From NCBI GenBank assembly GCA_947498315.1, contig CANMLD010000004.1, positions 1 to 58,128 of the forward strand: DNA of 58,128 bases, written 5' to 3'. The DNA is from Pseudomonadota bacterium. GTDB taxonomy: Bacteria; Myxococcota_A; UBA9042; GCA-2863065. Below, piece after piece: positions 36,834-44,854 of this stretch; position 1 is the first letter of the stretch, and the number at the start of each line of letters is the position of its first letter. The notes beneath the pieces were generated by a model, which had not been told where the DNA came from, searched no databases, and was given only the letters and a program-made list of their open reading frames with translations. A program made the position numbers and the translations under genes.

Positions 36834-37573
36834 GGACGTTCCGCTCCTTGAACAGTCGAGACCGACTCACCGAGACCCAGCACCCATAGCTGTTCACCTC
36901 GTCTCTGCATCTCGTTCAACTCCAGGTACTCTTTGTGAGTATTCATCGCTTTCCAGAACCCTTCATGTCGGCACGCGTTGAGACGACCTTCCGCGACGAG
37001 CGCTTCGAAGACCTCCTTCTCGAGCTCGCCGAGGTGGAGGCGCTCCGCTATCGCGGTCGACACCGACATGAAGCCGCCATTGATCCACTCTTTCATGCGC
37101 GACTTCTCTGAGAAGCCGCGTACGCGGCCATCCTCGTCGAGGTTCATGACGCCGAAGGGAGAGAATGGCTGCACCGCCGTGAGAGTCACCACGCTCTCCG
37201 TCGCTCGTGCCATCGTGTCGACTCGAGCGAGGTCGACATCGGAGAGGTCGTCGCCGTAGGAGAGCCAGAAGCGGTCCGTACGGACGTGCTTCAGTGCCCT
37301 CTGCACACGCTCGCTCTTGGTGGCTTCGACGCCGCCATTCGAGATGATGACTTCCCAGCCGGGCTCTGGGTTCTGTTCGAACCATGTCCCGATCTGATGG
37401 CCTTCGTAGCCAACGCAGAGGATGAAGCGGCGGTGCCCCTGTCTCGCGAAGATCTGCATGATGTGCCAGAGGATGGGGCGGTCGCCGATCCGAGCGAGAC
37501 CCTTGGGCGTCTCCAGCGTCAACTCCGCGAGGCGAGTGCCCTTGCCGCCGGCGAGAATGAGTACGTCCATCAT
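36830..37573 (-). CDS. rfbF: Glucose-1-phosphate cytidylyltransferase
   Basis: VLILAGGKGTRLAELTLETPKGLARIGDRPILWHIMQIFARQGHRRFILCVGYEGHQI. About 247 aa, typical RfbF pattern. Confidence 0.8.
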   Translation of the reverse strand: MMDVLILAGGKGTRLAELTLETPKGLARIGDRPILWHIMQIFARQGHRRFILCVGYEGHQIGTWFEQNPEPGWEVIISNGGVEATKSERVQRALKHVRTDRFWLSYGDDLSDVDLARVDTMARATESVVTLTAVQPFSPFGVMNLDEDGRVRGFSEKSRMKEWINGGFMSVSTAIAERLHLGELEKEVFEALVAEGRLNACRHEGFWKAMNTHKEYLELNEMQRRGEQLWVLGLGESVSTVQGAERP

Positions 37574-37609
37574 CGTGATCTCCCAGTCATCGTGGGCTGC
37601 TCTCGAGGC

Positions 37610-40156
37610 TCATGGAGATTCATCTCCGGGAGGGGGCGCGTCGAGGGGCGATGGCTCGCCCGTCGTCGTCTCGCCCGTAGTCGGCTCGCCTAGGGACTCG
37701 GGCTCGCCTAGGGACTCGGGCTCGCCTAGGGACTCGGGCTCGTACCCAGTCACGGAGCGTTGGTCGGCTGCCGCGGCCGCCCCGAACAACGTCGAGCCGT
37801 CCGAGACTGGCGCATCGAAGAGCCACGCCGGTAGTCCACGGAAGGACGCGGGGAGCGGTTTTGGACCGAAGACCTCCGCCTCGAAACGAAGGCGCATGTC
37901 AGTAGCGAGGCCGTCAGCCATGAGGGCGCGTGCCCGATTCTCCAGTGCCTTCAGGGATTTGAGCTGCTTCGCTGGGACCTTCGCGGTTCTCAAGACCTCG
38001 ATTGCCCTGAGGCCATCTCCAGACGCGAGGGCAAGGTCGGCGGCGGCGAGGACAGACTCGCCGTCGCCAGCGGACAAGAAGAGCTGGAAGGCCTCGTAGT
38101 CTTTCCCGCGACTGCGATAGACCTCTGCCAAGTAGCGGTAACCACTGGCGATATCGAGAGCCATGAGGCGAGTCCCCGTCGCTTCGAGGGCGTCGAAGTC
38201 ACGCCGGCGTAGTTGAACCGCGGCGACGGCTTCGAGGACCTCCCCGGACTCGGGGAACGCCATTGGCAGGGCTCGGAGGACGCCAGCGCGCGGCTCCTTC
38301 ACCGAGCGGAGGTACCGAGCGGCCATGGCGCTGTTTGGAAGCGCCGCCGCGAGATCCGCGCTCGAACGCGCGCTTGCCGTGAGCATCCGAAAGATGCGAT
38401 CCCGAACCAGATAGTTTCCTGGCGACGACAGCCCGCGCCTCATCTCGGCCCAACGCTGCTCGCCGCTGAGCAGCGCCGCCCGTGCGAGGGCGATTCGTGC
38501 TTCGCCCGGTGCAAGGAGCGCGGCATGGTCTAGGAGCGGCAAGCTGCGCTCGGCGGTGCCCGCGGCAAAGAACGCGTAGGCATCGGCCGCAAACGCTTCG
38601 GCCGCGGCCCGAGGGTCGGCCGAGATCGCCGCGTCACGGCGACGTCCGGGTTCGAACCCGGCCCGTGAGACGAGGACGGGGAGCATGGCCGCGGCGACGA
38701 GCGCGGTCACGGCCGGGCCCAACCACCCGAGCCGGATCCCCGAACAGTCCACCCGTATGACGCCGACGATCACCGCCGCCACAACGGCCACCCCAAGGAT
38801 GTCGAGGCTGAAGTCGACGAGGTTGTGCAGCAGCAGTCCCAGGACGGCGATGCCGGCGCCTCGCGTCAGCGGTTGGTCCAGAGAACGTCGTAAGGGGCGT
38901 ACGAAGAGCCACGCACCGACGATGATGGCGGTGAGCCCGAACGGGATGCCGTAGTCGACCAGGATCTGGAGGGGCGTGTTGTGCGCATGGGTGATGGTGA
39001 GGTCGGAGATGTCATGGTTCATCTGCGTCTGCGCGAGGCTGAAGGCACCTCGTCCAACGCCGACCGCCCACCACCCCTTCAGGACGGCGGCGCCAAGGTG
39101 CCTTACGCTTCTCTCGCTCTCGTCGAAGAGCTCAGAGAGGGCGGGGATGGTTGCGAGCTGCTCGGCAGCAGGACTCGCGAGCAGCAAAAACACGACGAGG
39201 CCGAGGCCGAGGACGCCAAGCAACTTCCGGAGGTTTGGAACGCCGGCCTCTTGCCGAGACGCGATGATGACCATGACGGCGCAGAGCCCCGCGCAAAGGA
39301 TCCCAGCACGCGACCCGGTCAGGAGCGCCCCCGCGATCAAGACGACCGACACCGTCCCCCAGAAGAGGCGCTGACGGGGGACGATGGTCTCGGTAGTGGC
39401 CAGCGAGAGGGCGATCGGCGCTCCGATGTTCAGGAAGGCCGCGAGATGATTTGGATTAACCAGCGTCGATGAGTAGACGGCGCCATACGTCGACGCCGAA
39501 CCGAGCTTCGGAACCTCGATGACTCCAAAGAGGTTGTCCAAGCCAAGGATGGCGTGCACTAGGCCGACGGCCATCAGGAGGAGGCCCGCGAGCGGGATGG
39601 TCATCAGTAGCCGGTTCCGGTCGCTCTCGCGGTCGGCGACGCGACGTGCCAAGAGATACGCCGTAGTCACGGCCACCATCCAGGCCAACATCAAGGCGGT
39701 GGCGCGGGGGTCGAGGCTGAGCGCGATCAGTGATGGCGCTTCGTTACCGAGCGCAGCGGCAGCCAGAAGCGCTGTGGACGCGGTACGCGGCGACAGGAAC
39801 TCGACCCAGCCGGTGGGCATGGGCATGATCTGTAAGGCCGTCACAGCCGTCATGCCGAGTAGCAATGCCCCAAAGGCGTCGATGATCACGCCTCTGCTGC
39901 GAATGTAGGAGATGGCGAATCCGCAGAGCAGCAGTGAAGCGCCTGCGCCGATCACCTCGGCATGAACACCACCGACGGCGAGGAGGATGCCGAGCTGCGC
40001 CAGGACGAGGATGATGAATGCGATACGGCGGGACAGCAGGGGTGTGCCGAGCGCATCCAGGGACTCGCCCGTCCGGCGGTGGCGGCTCAGCCCCCTGTCC
40101 AGGGCGCTCTGCTTCGTCGAAAGCTCGCCCGTTGTCGCGTCGGTTTCGATGCTCAC
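37610..40156 (-). CDS. O-antigen ligase/polymerase-like (Wzy_C) polytopic membrane protein fused to a TPR-like domain and a low-complexity acidic tail
   Basis: Multiple TM segments. Wzy_C-type loop THAHNTPLQILVDYGIPFGL. C-terminal helical repeats (AEVYRSRGKDYEAFQLFLSAGD...). Tail GYEPESLGEPESLGEPESLGEPTTGETTTGEPSP. Confidence 0.7.
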   Translation of the reverse strand: MSIETDATTGELSTKQSALDRGLSRHRRTGESLDALGTPLLSRRIAFIILVLAQLGILLAVGGVHAEVIGAGASLLLCGFAISYIRSRGVIIDAFGALLLGMTAVTALQIMPMPTGWVEFLSPRTASTALLAAAALGNEAPSLIALSLDPRATALMLAWMVAVTTAYLLARRVADRESDRNRLLMTIPLAGLLLMAVGLVHAILGLDNLFGVIEVPKLGSASTYGAVYSSTLVNPNHLAAFLNIGAPIALSLATTETIVPRQRLFWGTVSVVLIAGALLTGSRAGILCAGLCAVMVIIASRQEAGVPNLRKLLGVLGLGLVVFLLLASPAAEQLATIPALSELFDESERSVRHLGAAVLKGWWAVGVGRGAFSLAQTQMNHDISDLTITHAHNTPLQILVDYGIPFGLTAIIVGAWLFVRPLRRSLDQPLTRGAGIAVLGLLLHNLVDFSLDILGVAVVAAVIVGVIRVDCSGIRLGWLGPAVTALVAAAMLPVLVSRAGFEPGRRRDAAISADPRAAAEAFAADAYAFFAAGTAERSLPLLDHAALLAPGEARIALARAALLSGEQRWAEMRRGLSSPGNYLVRDRIFRMLTASARSSADLAAALPNSAMAARYLRSVKEPRAGVLRALPMAFPESGEVLEAVAAVQLRRRDFDALEATGTRLMALDIASGYRYLAEVYRSRGKDYEAFQLFLSAGDGESVLAAADLALASGDGLRAIEVLRTAKVPAKQLKSLKALENRARALMADGLATDMRLRFEAEVFGPKPLPASFRGLPAWLFDAPVSDGSTLFGAAAAADQRSVTGYEPESLGEPESLGEPESLGEPTTGETTTGEPSPLDAPPPGDESP
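37683..37742. repeat. 3.3 x 18-bp tandem repeat (ggctcgcctagggactcg)
   Basis: Identical units at 37683..37700, 37701..37718 and 37719..37736, plus a partial unit at 37737..37742. On the minus strand they encode the EPESLG repeats in the tail of the Wzy_C-like protein. Confidence 0.9.
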
Positions 40157-42021
40157 GCGACCTCCCGATCCGAGCCGACGTGCGCCGGGCTTCGCTCTTC
40201 AGGGGACTTGCTGGCGGGGGCAGCCTTGGACTCCGGTCCCTGGGAAGCCACGCCAACGCCAGCCCCCATGAACTCCGGCATGGTCGCGTGCCCCGCTTGG
40301 CTCACGCCGTCGCGAAAGAGGACTTTGGAGACCGTCTGGGCCAAGATCGCAAGGTCGAGTAGGACGCTGCGATGTTCGACGTACCAGACGTCATGGGTGA
40401 ACTTCTCCTCCCAGGACAGTGCGTTACGGCCGTTCACCTGAGCCCAGCCCGTCACACCAGGCTTCACCTCATGTCGCCGGTTCTGCTCAGGGCTGTATCT
40501 TGGGAGATAGCGCATGAGGAGCGGGCGTGGGCCGACGAGGCTCATGTCGCCCGACAGGACGCTCAAGAGGGTGGGGAGCTCGTCGACGGACGTGGCTCGC
40601 ATCAGCTTGCCCACCCGGGTGAGCCGCACGGCGTCGAACTCTGGACCTGTCTCGTGTTCTCTGGGGTCGCGCATGGACCGGAACTTCTTCATCGCGAAGG
40701 GGCGGCCGTGTTTGCCGGGACGCTCCTGGCGGAAGAGTACCGGCGCGCCCGCCGTGACGCGGGTGGCGATGGCTCCCGCCGCGAGGATGGGCCCGACCCC
40801 CAGCAGCGCGAAGCTCGCCACGGCCACGTCGAGGACGCGTTGGGCGAGGTCGAAGACGGGATCGGGCACCTCTCGACGGGAGGCCTCGGCGAGTAGACGC
40901 TCCCACCGAGCCGCCAGGATCTTCAGGTCGTAGTGCTCGACGACGGCGGCGCGCGCGGCTCGTCGACGCGGCGCGAGCGTCTCGTCTGGCCGGTCGAGCG
41001 CGTCGACCATCGCCTTTGCGGCGCCTTCGACGTCACCGGGCGCGACGAGCCAACCGCAGCCGTGTCCGGTCACGAGCGCGCCCAGGTCCGAGTCCGCGGG
41101 CGCAATCGCAAGGATCGCGGCACCTGCACCCATCGCGGAGAGCGCTTTACTGGGGATCGACGTGCGATGGGCAGCGGGTTTCAGTGTCGCCACTGAGATG
41201 TGGGTGCGCACGAGGAGGCGGGCCCACTCGCGGTCCGCCAGTGGGGGGACGATGCGGACGGCGGCCAGATGGCCCAAGGCGTCGCGCAGCCGAGCGAGGC
41301 CCGGGCCAGAGGCGGCGATGACGATGGCGACGGCCGCGTTGGGGCGCTGTGCGAGGAGCGCCGGGACGGCAGCCGCCAACGTCTCGACGTCGTGGACATG
41401 GCCGGCGTTGCCCACGTAGCTAATGACCAGCTTGTCGGCGATGAAGCGTTCGAGGTCGCTCTCCGGAGGACCGGCTAGGGCGACAGGGTCGAGCTCGTTT
41501 GCGTCTGCACCGGTCTCGAGTACCGCCCACCGCCGCGGCGTCCCGTAGCGCGCCCGCGCGTGTTCACCCATCCCTTGGCCGATGAAGACGACGGCGTCGG
41601 CGTTCCGAAAGGTAAAGTGGTTTGCCGCCGACGCGACTCGGGCCATCAAGCCGGTCGAGGAAGCGACCCCACCGGCTTCGAGCGCGTCAGGATAGAGGTC
41701 GTAGACGAGCGGGACCACTGGGCGCCCGTGCAAAAAGCGCGTCGCGACCAAGAACGCAGGGAGGAAAAACGGGTTCGTCGTCGGAACCAAGACGGCGTCT
41801 TCGGCAAAGGCGTCACGAAGCGCCAATAGTGGCGTCCCGAGTAAGGAGACGAGGCGACCCCGAAGCCGACCGGCTTTGCCGCTCGCCATCAAGGCTCGCC
41901 ACTGCTCCGGACCGAGAGAAGCGCTGACGCGAGCGCTGACCTCCCGGGCGCTCAGTTCACGGGCGAGGCGCTCCATGGGCCCCCCGCCGACGCACGAGCT
42001 GATGAGGACAGAACGCTTCAC
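40153..42021 (-). CDS. Fusion protein: N-terminal GT4-like glycosyltransferase + C-terminal phosphoglycosyl (bacterial sugar) transferase
   Basis: C-terminal ~200 aa: re-entrant helix VLDVAVASFALLGVGPILAAGAIA, PVLFRQERPGKHGRPFAMKKFRSM, DELPTLLSVLSGDMSLVGPRP, KPGVTGWAQVNGR (Bac_transf signature). N-terminal ~380 aa is GT-B/GT4-like. GTGA overlaps at both ends. Confidence 0.8.
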   Translation of the reverse strand: MKRSVLISSCVGGGPMERLARELSAREVSARVSASLGPEQWRALMASGKAGRLRGRLVSLLGTPLLALRDAFAEDAVLVPTTNPFFLPAFLVATRFLHGRPVVPLVYDLYPDALEAGGVASSTGLMARVASAANHFTFRNADAVVFIGQGMGEHARARYGTPRRWAVLETGADANELDPVALAGPPESDLERFIADKLVISYVGNAGHVHDVETLAAAVPALLAQRPNAAVAIVIAASGPGLARLRDALGHLAAVRIVPPLADREWARLLVRTHISVATLKPAAHRTSIPSKALSAMGAGAAILAIAPADSDLGALVTGHGCGWLVAPGDVEGAAKAMVDALDRPDETLAPRRRAARAAVVEHYDLKILAARWERLLAEASRREVPDPVFDLAQRVLDVAVASFALLGVGPILAAGAIATRVTAGAPVLFRQERPGKHGRPFAMKKFRSMRDPREHETGPEFDAVRLTRVGKLMRATSVDELPTLLSVLSGDMSLVGPRPLLMRYLPRYSPEQNRRHEVKPGVTGWAQVNGRNALSWEEKFTHDVWYVEHRSVLLDLAILAQTVSKVLFRDGVSQAGHATMPEFMGAGVGVASQGPESKAAPASKSPEERSPAHVGSDREVA

Positions 42022-42944
42022 GAGGCGACCGTCGACGCGAGAGAGGGGGATGGATTGACCTTCAAGTGTCCAGGATCGCGGTTACTTCGACGAGAGGTCA
42101 AGAAAGCGGTCGCCAGCTCGCCTGCCGTCTGAAATGTCGCTTCCCTGAGCAGGCGCTTCAGCGTCTCCAGCGAGCGCTGGCGACCGATCGACTGCGCCAC
42201 TCGGAATCGTTCCACGGTGAACCGGCGCCAAGGGGAGAGGGGGGCGGCCACGGCCGAGAGCGGGCCGGGATCGAGCTGATAGGGATGAAGGTATAGTACG
42301 GCGCTGCGGCCGGCCGATGCGAGCCCACTGAGCGCACGTGCGACGACGTCGGTCGGCAGCGCTCGGAAGTAGCCGCCACCCGCGATCGGCAGCCGCAGCG
42401 ACCCCACGGGGGCCGTCGCCAGTGGCAACTCCACCAGCCGTCCGCCCGCGACGGCATGGGGTTCGCTAGGCCACCCTGGGATCCCGTAGCGACCGTGGCG
42501 GATGGGGTAGATGGAGCTGTCGTAGTCGAAGCCCGCCGCGGCGATGCACTCGAGCGCCCAGAGGTTCTCGCGGCGAATCGAGAAGTACGGTGCCCGAAAG
42601 CCGCGCGGTGAAACGCCGAGGAGGTCACTGAGGGTCGTGCGGGCGGCCTCGAGCTCTACCATCAGCTCCGCTCGCGTCAGGGTAAAGAGCTGAACATGCC
42701 GCTGCCCATGGCTAGCGAGCTCGTGCCCGGCGGAAGCGATCCGTCGAACGAGGTGCGGAAAGGCGCGCGCCGTGACGCCCAACACGAAGAAGGTCGCCTT
42801 CACGGCGTGCTCATCGAGGAGCGCCAGGACATTGTCCGTGGCCCGCGCCAGCGCCTCTTCACCTAGCGGGCGGTCGAGACCGGTCGCCTCGCCGTACACC
42901 ATCTGGTGCCAACCTTCGTAGTCGATGGTGAGGACGTGCTTCAT
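42018..42944 (-). CDS. Polysaccharide deacetylase (NodB-type, DUF3473-containing family)
   Basis: LTIDYEGWHQ...AVKATFFVLGVTA...GHELASHGQRH...GFRAPYFSI. Confidence 0.85.
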   Translation of the reverse strand: MKHVLTIDYEGWHQMVYGEATGLDRPLGEEALARATDNVLALLDEHAVKATFFVLGVTARAFPHLVRRIASAGHELASHGQRHVQLFTLTRAELMVELEAARTTLSDLLGVSPRGFRAPYFSIRRENLWALECIAAAGFDYDSSIYPIRHGRYGIPGWPSEPHAVAGGRLVELPLATAPVGSLRLPIAGGGYFRALPTDVVARALSGLASAGRSAVLYLHPYQLDPGPLSAVAAPLSPWRRFTVERFRVAQSIGRQRSLETLKRLLREATFQTAGELATAFLTSRRSNRDPGHLKVNPSPSLASTVAS

Positions 42945-43007
42945 GAACTCGGCCGGCTTGGTTGCAGCTTGGAGGCAGGCTGATCGGGACTGCCTGGAAC
43001 TTAGGCC

Positions 43008-44696
43008 TTAGGCTCGAGCTTTGCCAAGCGGGGTCGCCTCCAGCAGCGCCGAGACGGCGACCACGAGCACACACCCGATCACGTTGAACCACAGGAACCC
43101 GATGTCGGTTGTGAGCCATAGGCCGATGACGATGCACTCGGAGAGGACGGCGGCGGTGAAGACAGGCGTGGCCGAGATTCGCTTGAGGAAGAGGGCGACC
43201 ACGAAGAGTCCCAGCACCGTACCGTAAAAGACCGAGCCAATGACGTTGACCGCTTGAATGAGGTTCTCGAGGTGGGACGCGAACGCGGCGAACGCCATCG
43301 CGAGCATTCCCCAGAGCATGGTGTAGCCCCTTGACGCTGTGAGGAGCGCGCGGTCGTCGCGAGCGCCACCGAAGGCGCGGCGGTGGATGTCGATGACCGT
43401 CGTGGTCCCGAGGGCGTTCAGCTCACTCGATGCCGATGACATCGCGGCGGCGAGAATGACAGCCAAGAGCAGCCCAACGACGCCTTCCGGCATGTGGCCG
43501 AGCACGAATGAGATGAAGATGTAGTCTGTATCTTTCCCGCTCGCCCCGGGGACAGTGGCCTTCACTAGCTGGCGGGCCTCCTTGCGGATGAGCTCCACCG
43601 TCGCTGCGGCCGCTTTCAATCGCTCTGCCGCCGCCGTCGTGTCCTCCCCGCTCTGTCGCGCTGCCACGAAGGCGAGCGCGGACGTACGGCTCTCGTCAGT
43701 CGCTAGGGCGTGCCGAGCTTCGAGCGCGTCGAGCGCCACGCGTCCAGCCTCAGAGTCGTTCACCTGTCCCAAGGTCCGCTCGTCGAAGTAGACGGGAGAT
43801 GGCTCGAACTGGTGAAAGACGAGGACCATCACCCCTACGAAGAGGATGAGGAACTGCATCGGGATCTTGAGCAGCCCATTGAAGAGCAAGCCAAGTCGGC
43901 TCTCGGCGGTCGATTTGCCGCCGAGGTAGCGCTGCACCTGCGATTGGTCGGTTCCGAAATACGAGAGGGCCAAGAAGAATCCACCAAGGAGCCCTGACCA
44001 CACGTTGTAGCGATTGGTCAGGTCGAGCTCCAGGTCGACCGCATTGATGCGACCGAGGACTCCGGCGACGGCCGTGGCGTCCGCCAGCCCGACCGAGGCT
44101 GGGAGCTTCCACACGACCATCACGGCCGCGAGCACGAGGCCGCCCAACATCACGGCCATCTGCTGCTTCTGAGTCGCGCTGACCGCTTCCGAGCCTCCGG
44201 CGACCGTGTACCCGACGGTCACGATGCCAATCGCAAGCGACGTCAGGACGACGTCCCAATCCAAGACGGCAGCCAGGATGAGCGCCGGCGCATAGATGGT
44301 GATGCCGGCGGCGAGACCGCGCTGGATGAGGAAGAGGGACGCGCCAAGGAGGCGCGTCTTCAGGTCGAAGCGCGACTCCAGGTACTCGTAGGCGGTGTAG
44401 ACCTTGAGTCGATAGTAGACCGGCACGAAGGCGACCGAGATGACGATCATGGCCAGCGGCAAGCCGAAGTAGAACTGAATGAACCGGAGACCATCTGTGT
44501 AGGCTTGCCCGGGCGTAGACAAGAAGGTGACGGCGCTCGCCTGTGTGGCCATGATCGACAGCCCGATCGTGGGCCACTTCAGCCCGGAGTCTCCTCGAAG
44601 GTAGCTCTCTCCGGTCTGGGGGCGCGACTTCCACATGCCGAGGGCGATGATGGCGCCGGTCGTGAGCAAGAGGACCAGCCAGTCGAGCAACGTCAC
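43008..44696 (-). CDS. Sodium:solute symporter family transporter
   Basis: 562 aa polytopic protein. YLRGDSGLKWPTIGLSIMATQASAVTFLSTPGQAY...GGSEAV...YFGTDQSQVQRYL. GTG start overlaps the upstream small ORF stop (GTGA). Confidence 0.9.
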   Translation of the reverse strand: MTLLDWLVLLLTTGAIIALGMWKSRPQTGESYLRGDSGLKWPTIGLSIMATQASAVTFLSTPGQAYTDGLRFIQFYFGLPLAMIVISVAFVPVYYRLKVYTAYEYLESRFDLKTRLLGASLFLIQRGLAAGITIYAPALILAAVLDWDVVLTSLAIGIVTVGYTVAGGSEAVSATQKQQMAVMLGGLVLAAVMVVWKLPASVGLADATAVAGVLGRINAVDLELDLTNRYNVWSGLLGGFFLALSYFGTDQSQVQRYLGGKSTAESRLGLLFNGLLKIPMQFLILFVGVMVLVFHQFEPSPVYFDERTLGQVNDSEAGRVALDALEARHALATDESRTSALAFVAARQSGEDTTAAAERLKAAAATVELIRKEARQLVKATVPGASGKDTDYIFISFVLGHMPEGVVGLLLAVILAAAMSSASSELNALGTTTVIDIHRRAFGGARDDRALLTASRGYTMLWGMLAMAFAAFASHLENLIQAVNVIGSVFYGTVLGLFVVALFLKRISATPVFTAAVLSECIVIGLWLTTDIGFLWFNVIGCVLVVAVSALLEATPLGKARA

Positions 44697-44854
44697 GAGT
44701 AGGCCTGGGTGAGCGCCCAGCCGAGCGCGATGTAGGTCACGAGGGATGCGAAGAGGATCCAGTAGGCACGCCGCCAGGAGCCGAAGACCGGCGGCGGCGT
44801 TCTGTCCGGGCTCTCTCTGTCGGCCGACCTATCCGGTGGCGGTACTGCACTCAC
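44693..44854 (-). CDS. Small single-TM protein translationally coupled between the PIG-L protein and the symporter
   Basis: GTG 44854 overlaps the upstream TGA (GTGA) and its own TGA overlaps the symporter GTG. 53 aa: VSAVPPPDRSADRESPDRTPPPVFGSWRRAYWILFASLVTYIALGWALTQAYS. The rest of the listed ORF 44693..45052 overlaps the upstream gene. Confidence 0.45.
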   Translation of the reverse strand: MSAVPPPDRSADRESPDRTPPPVFGSWRRAYWILFASLVTYIALGWALTQAYS

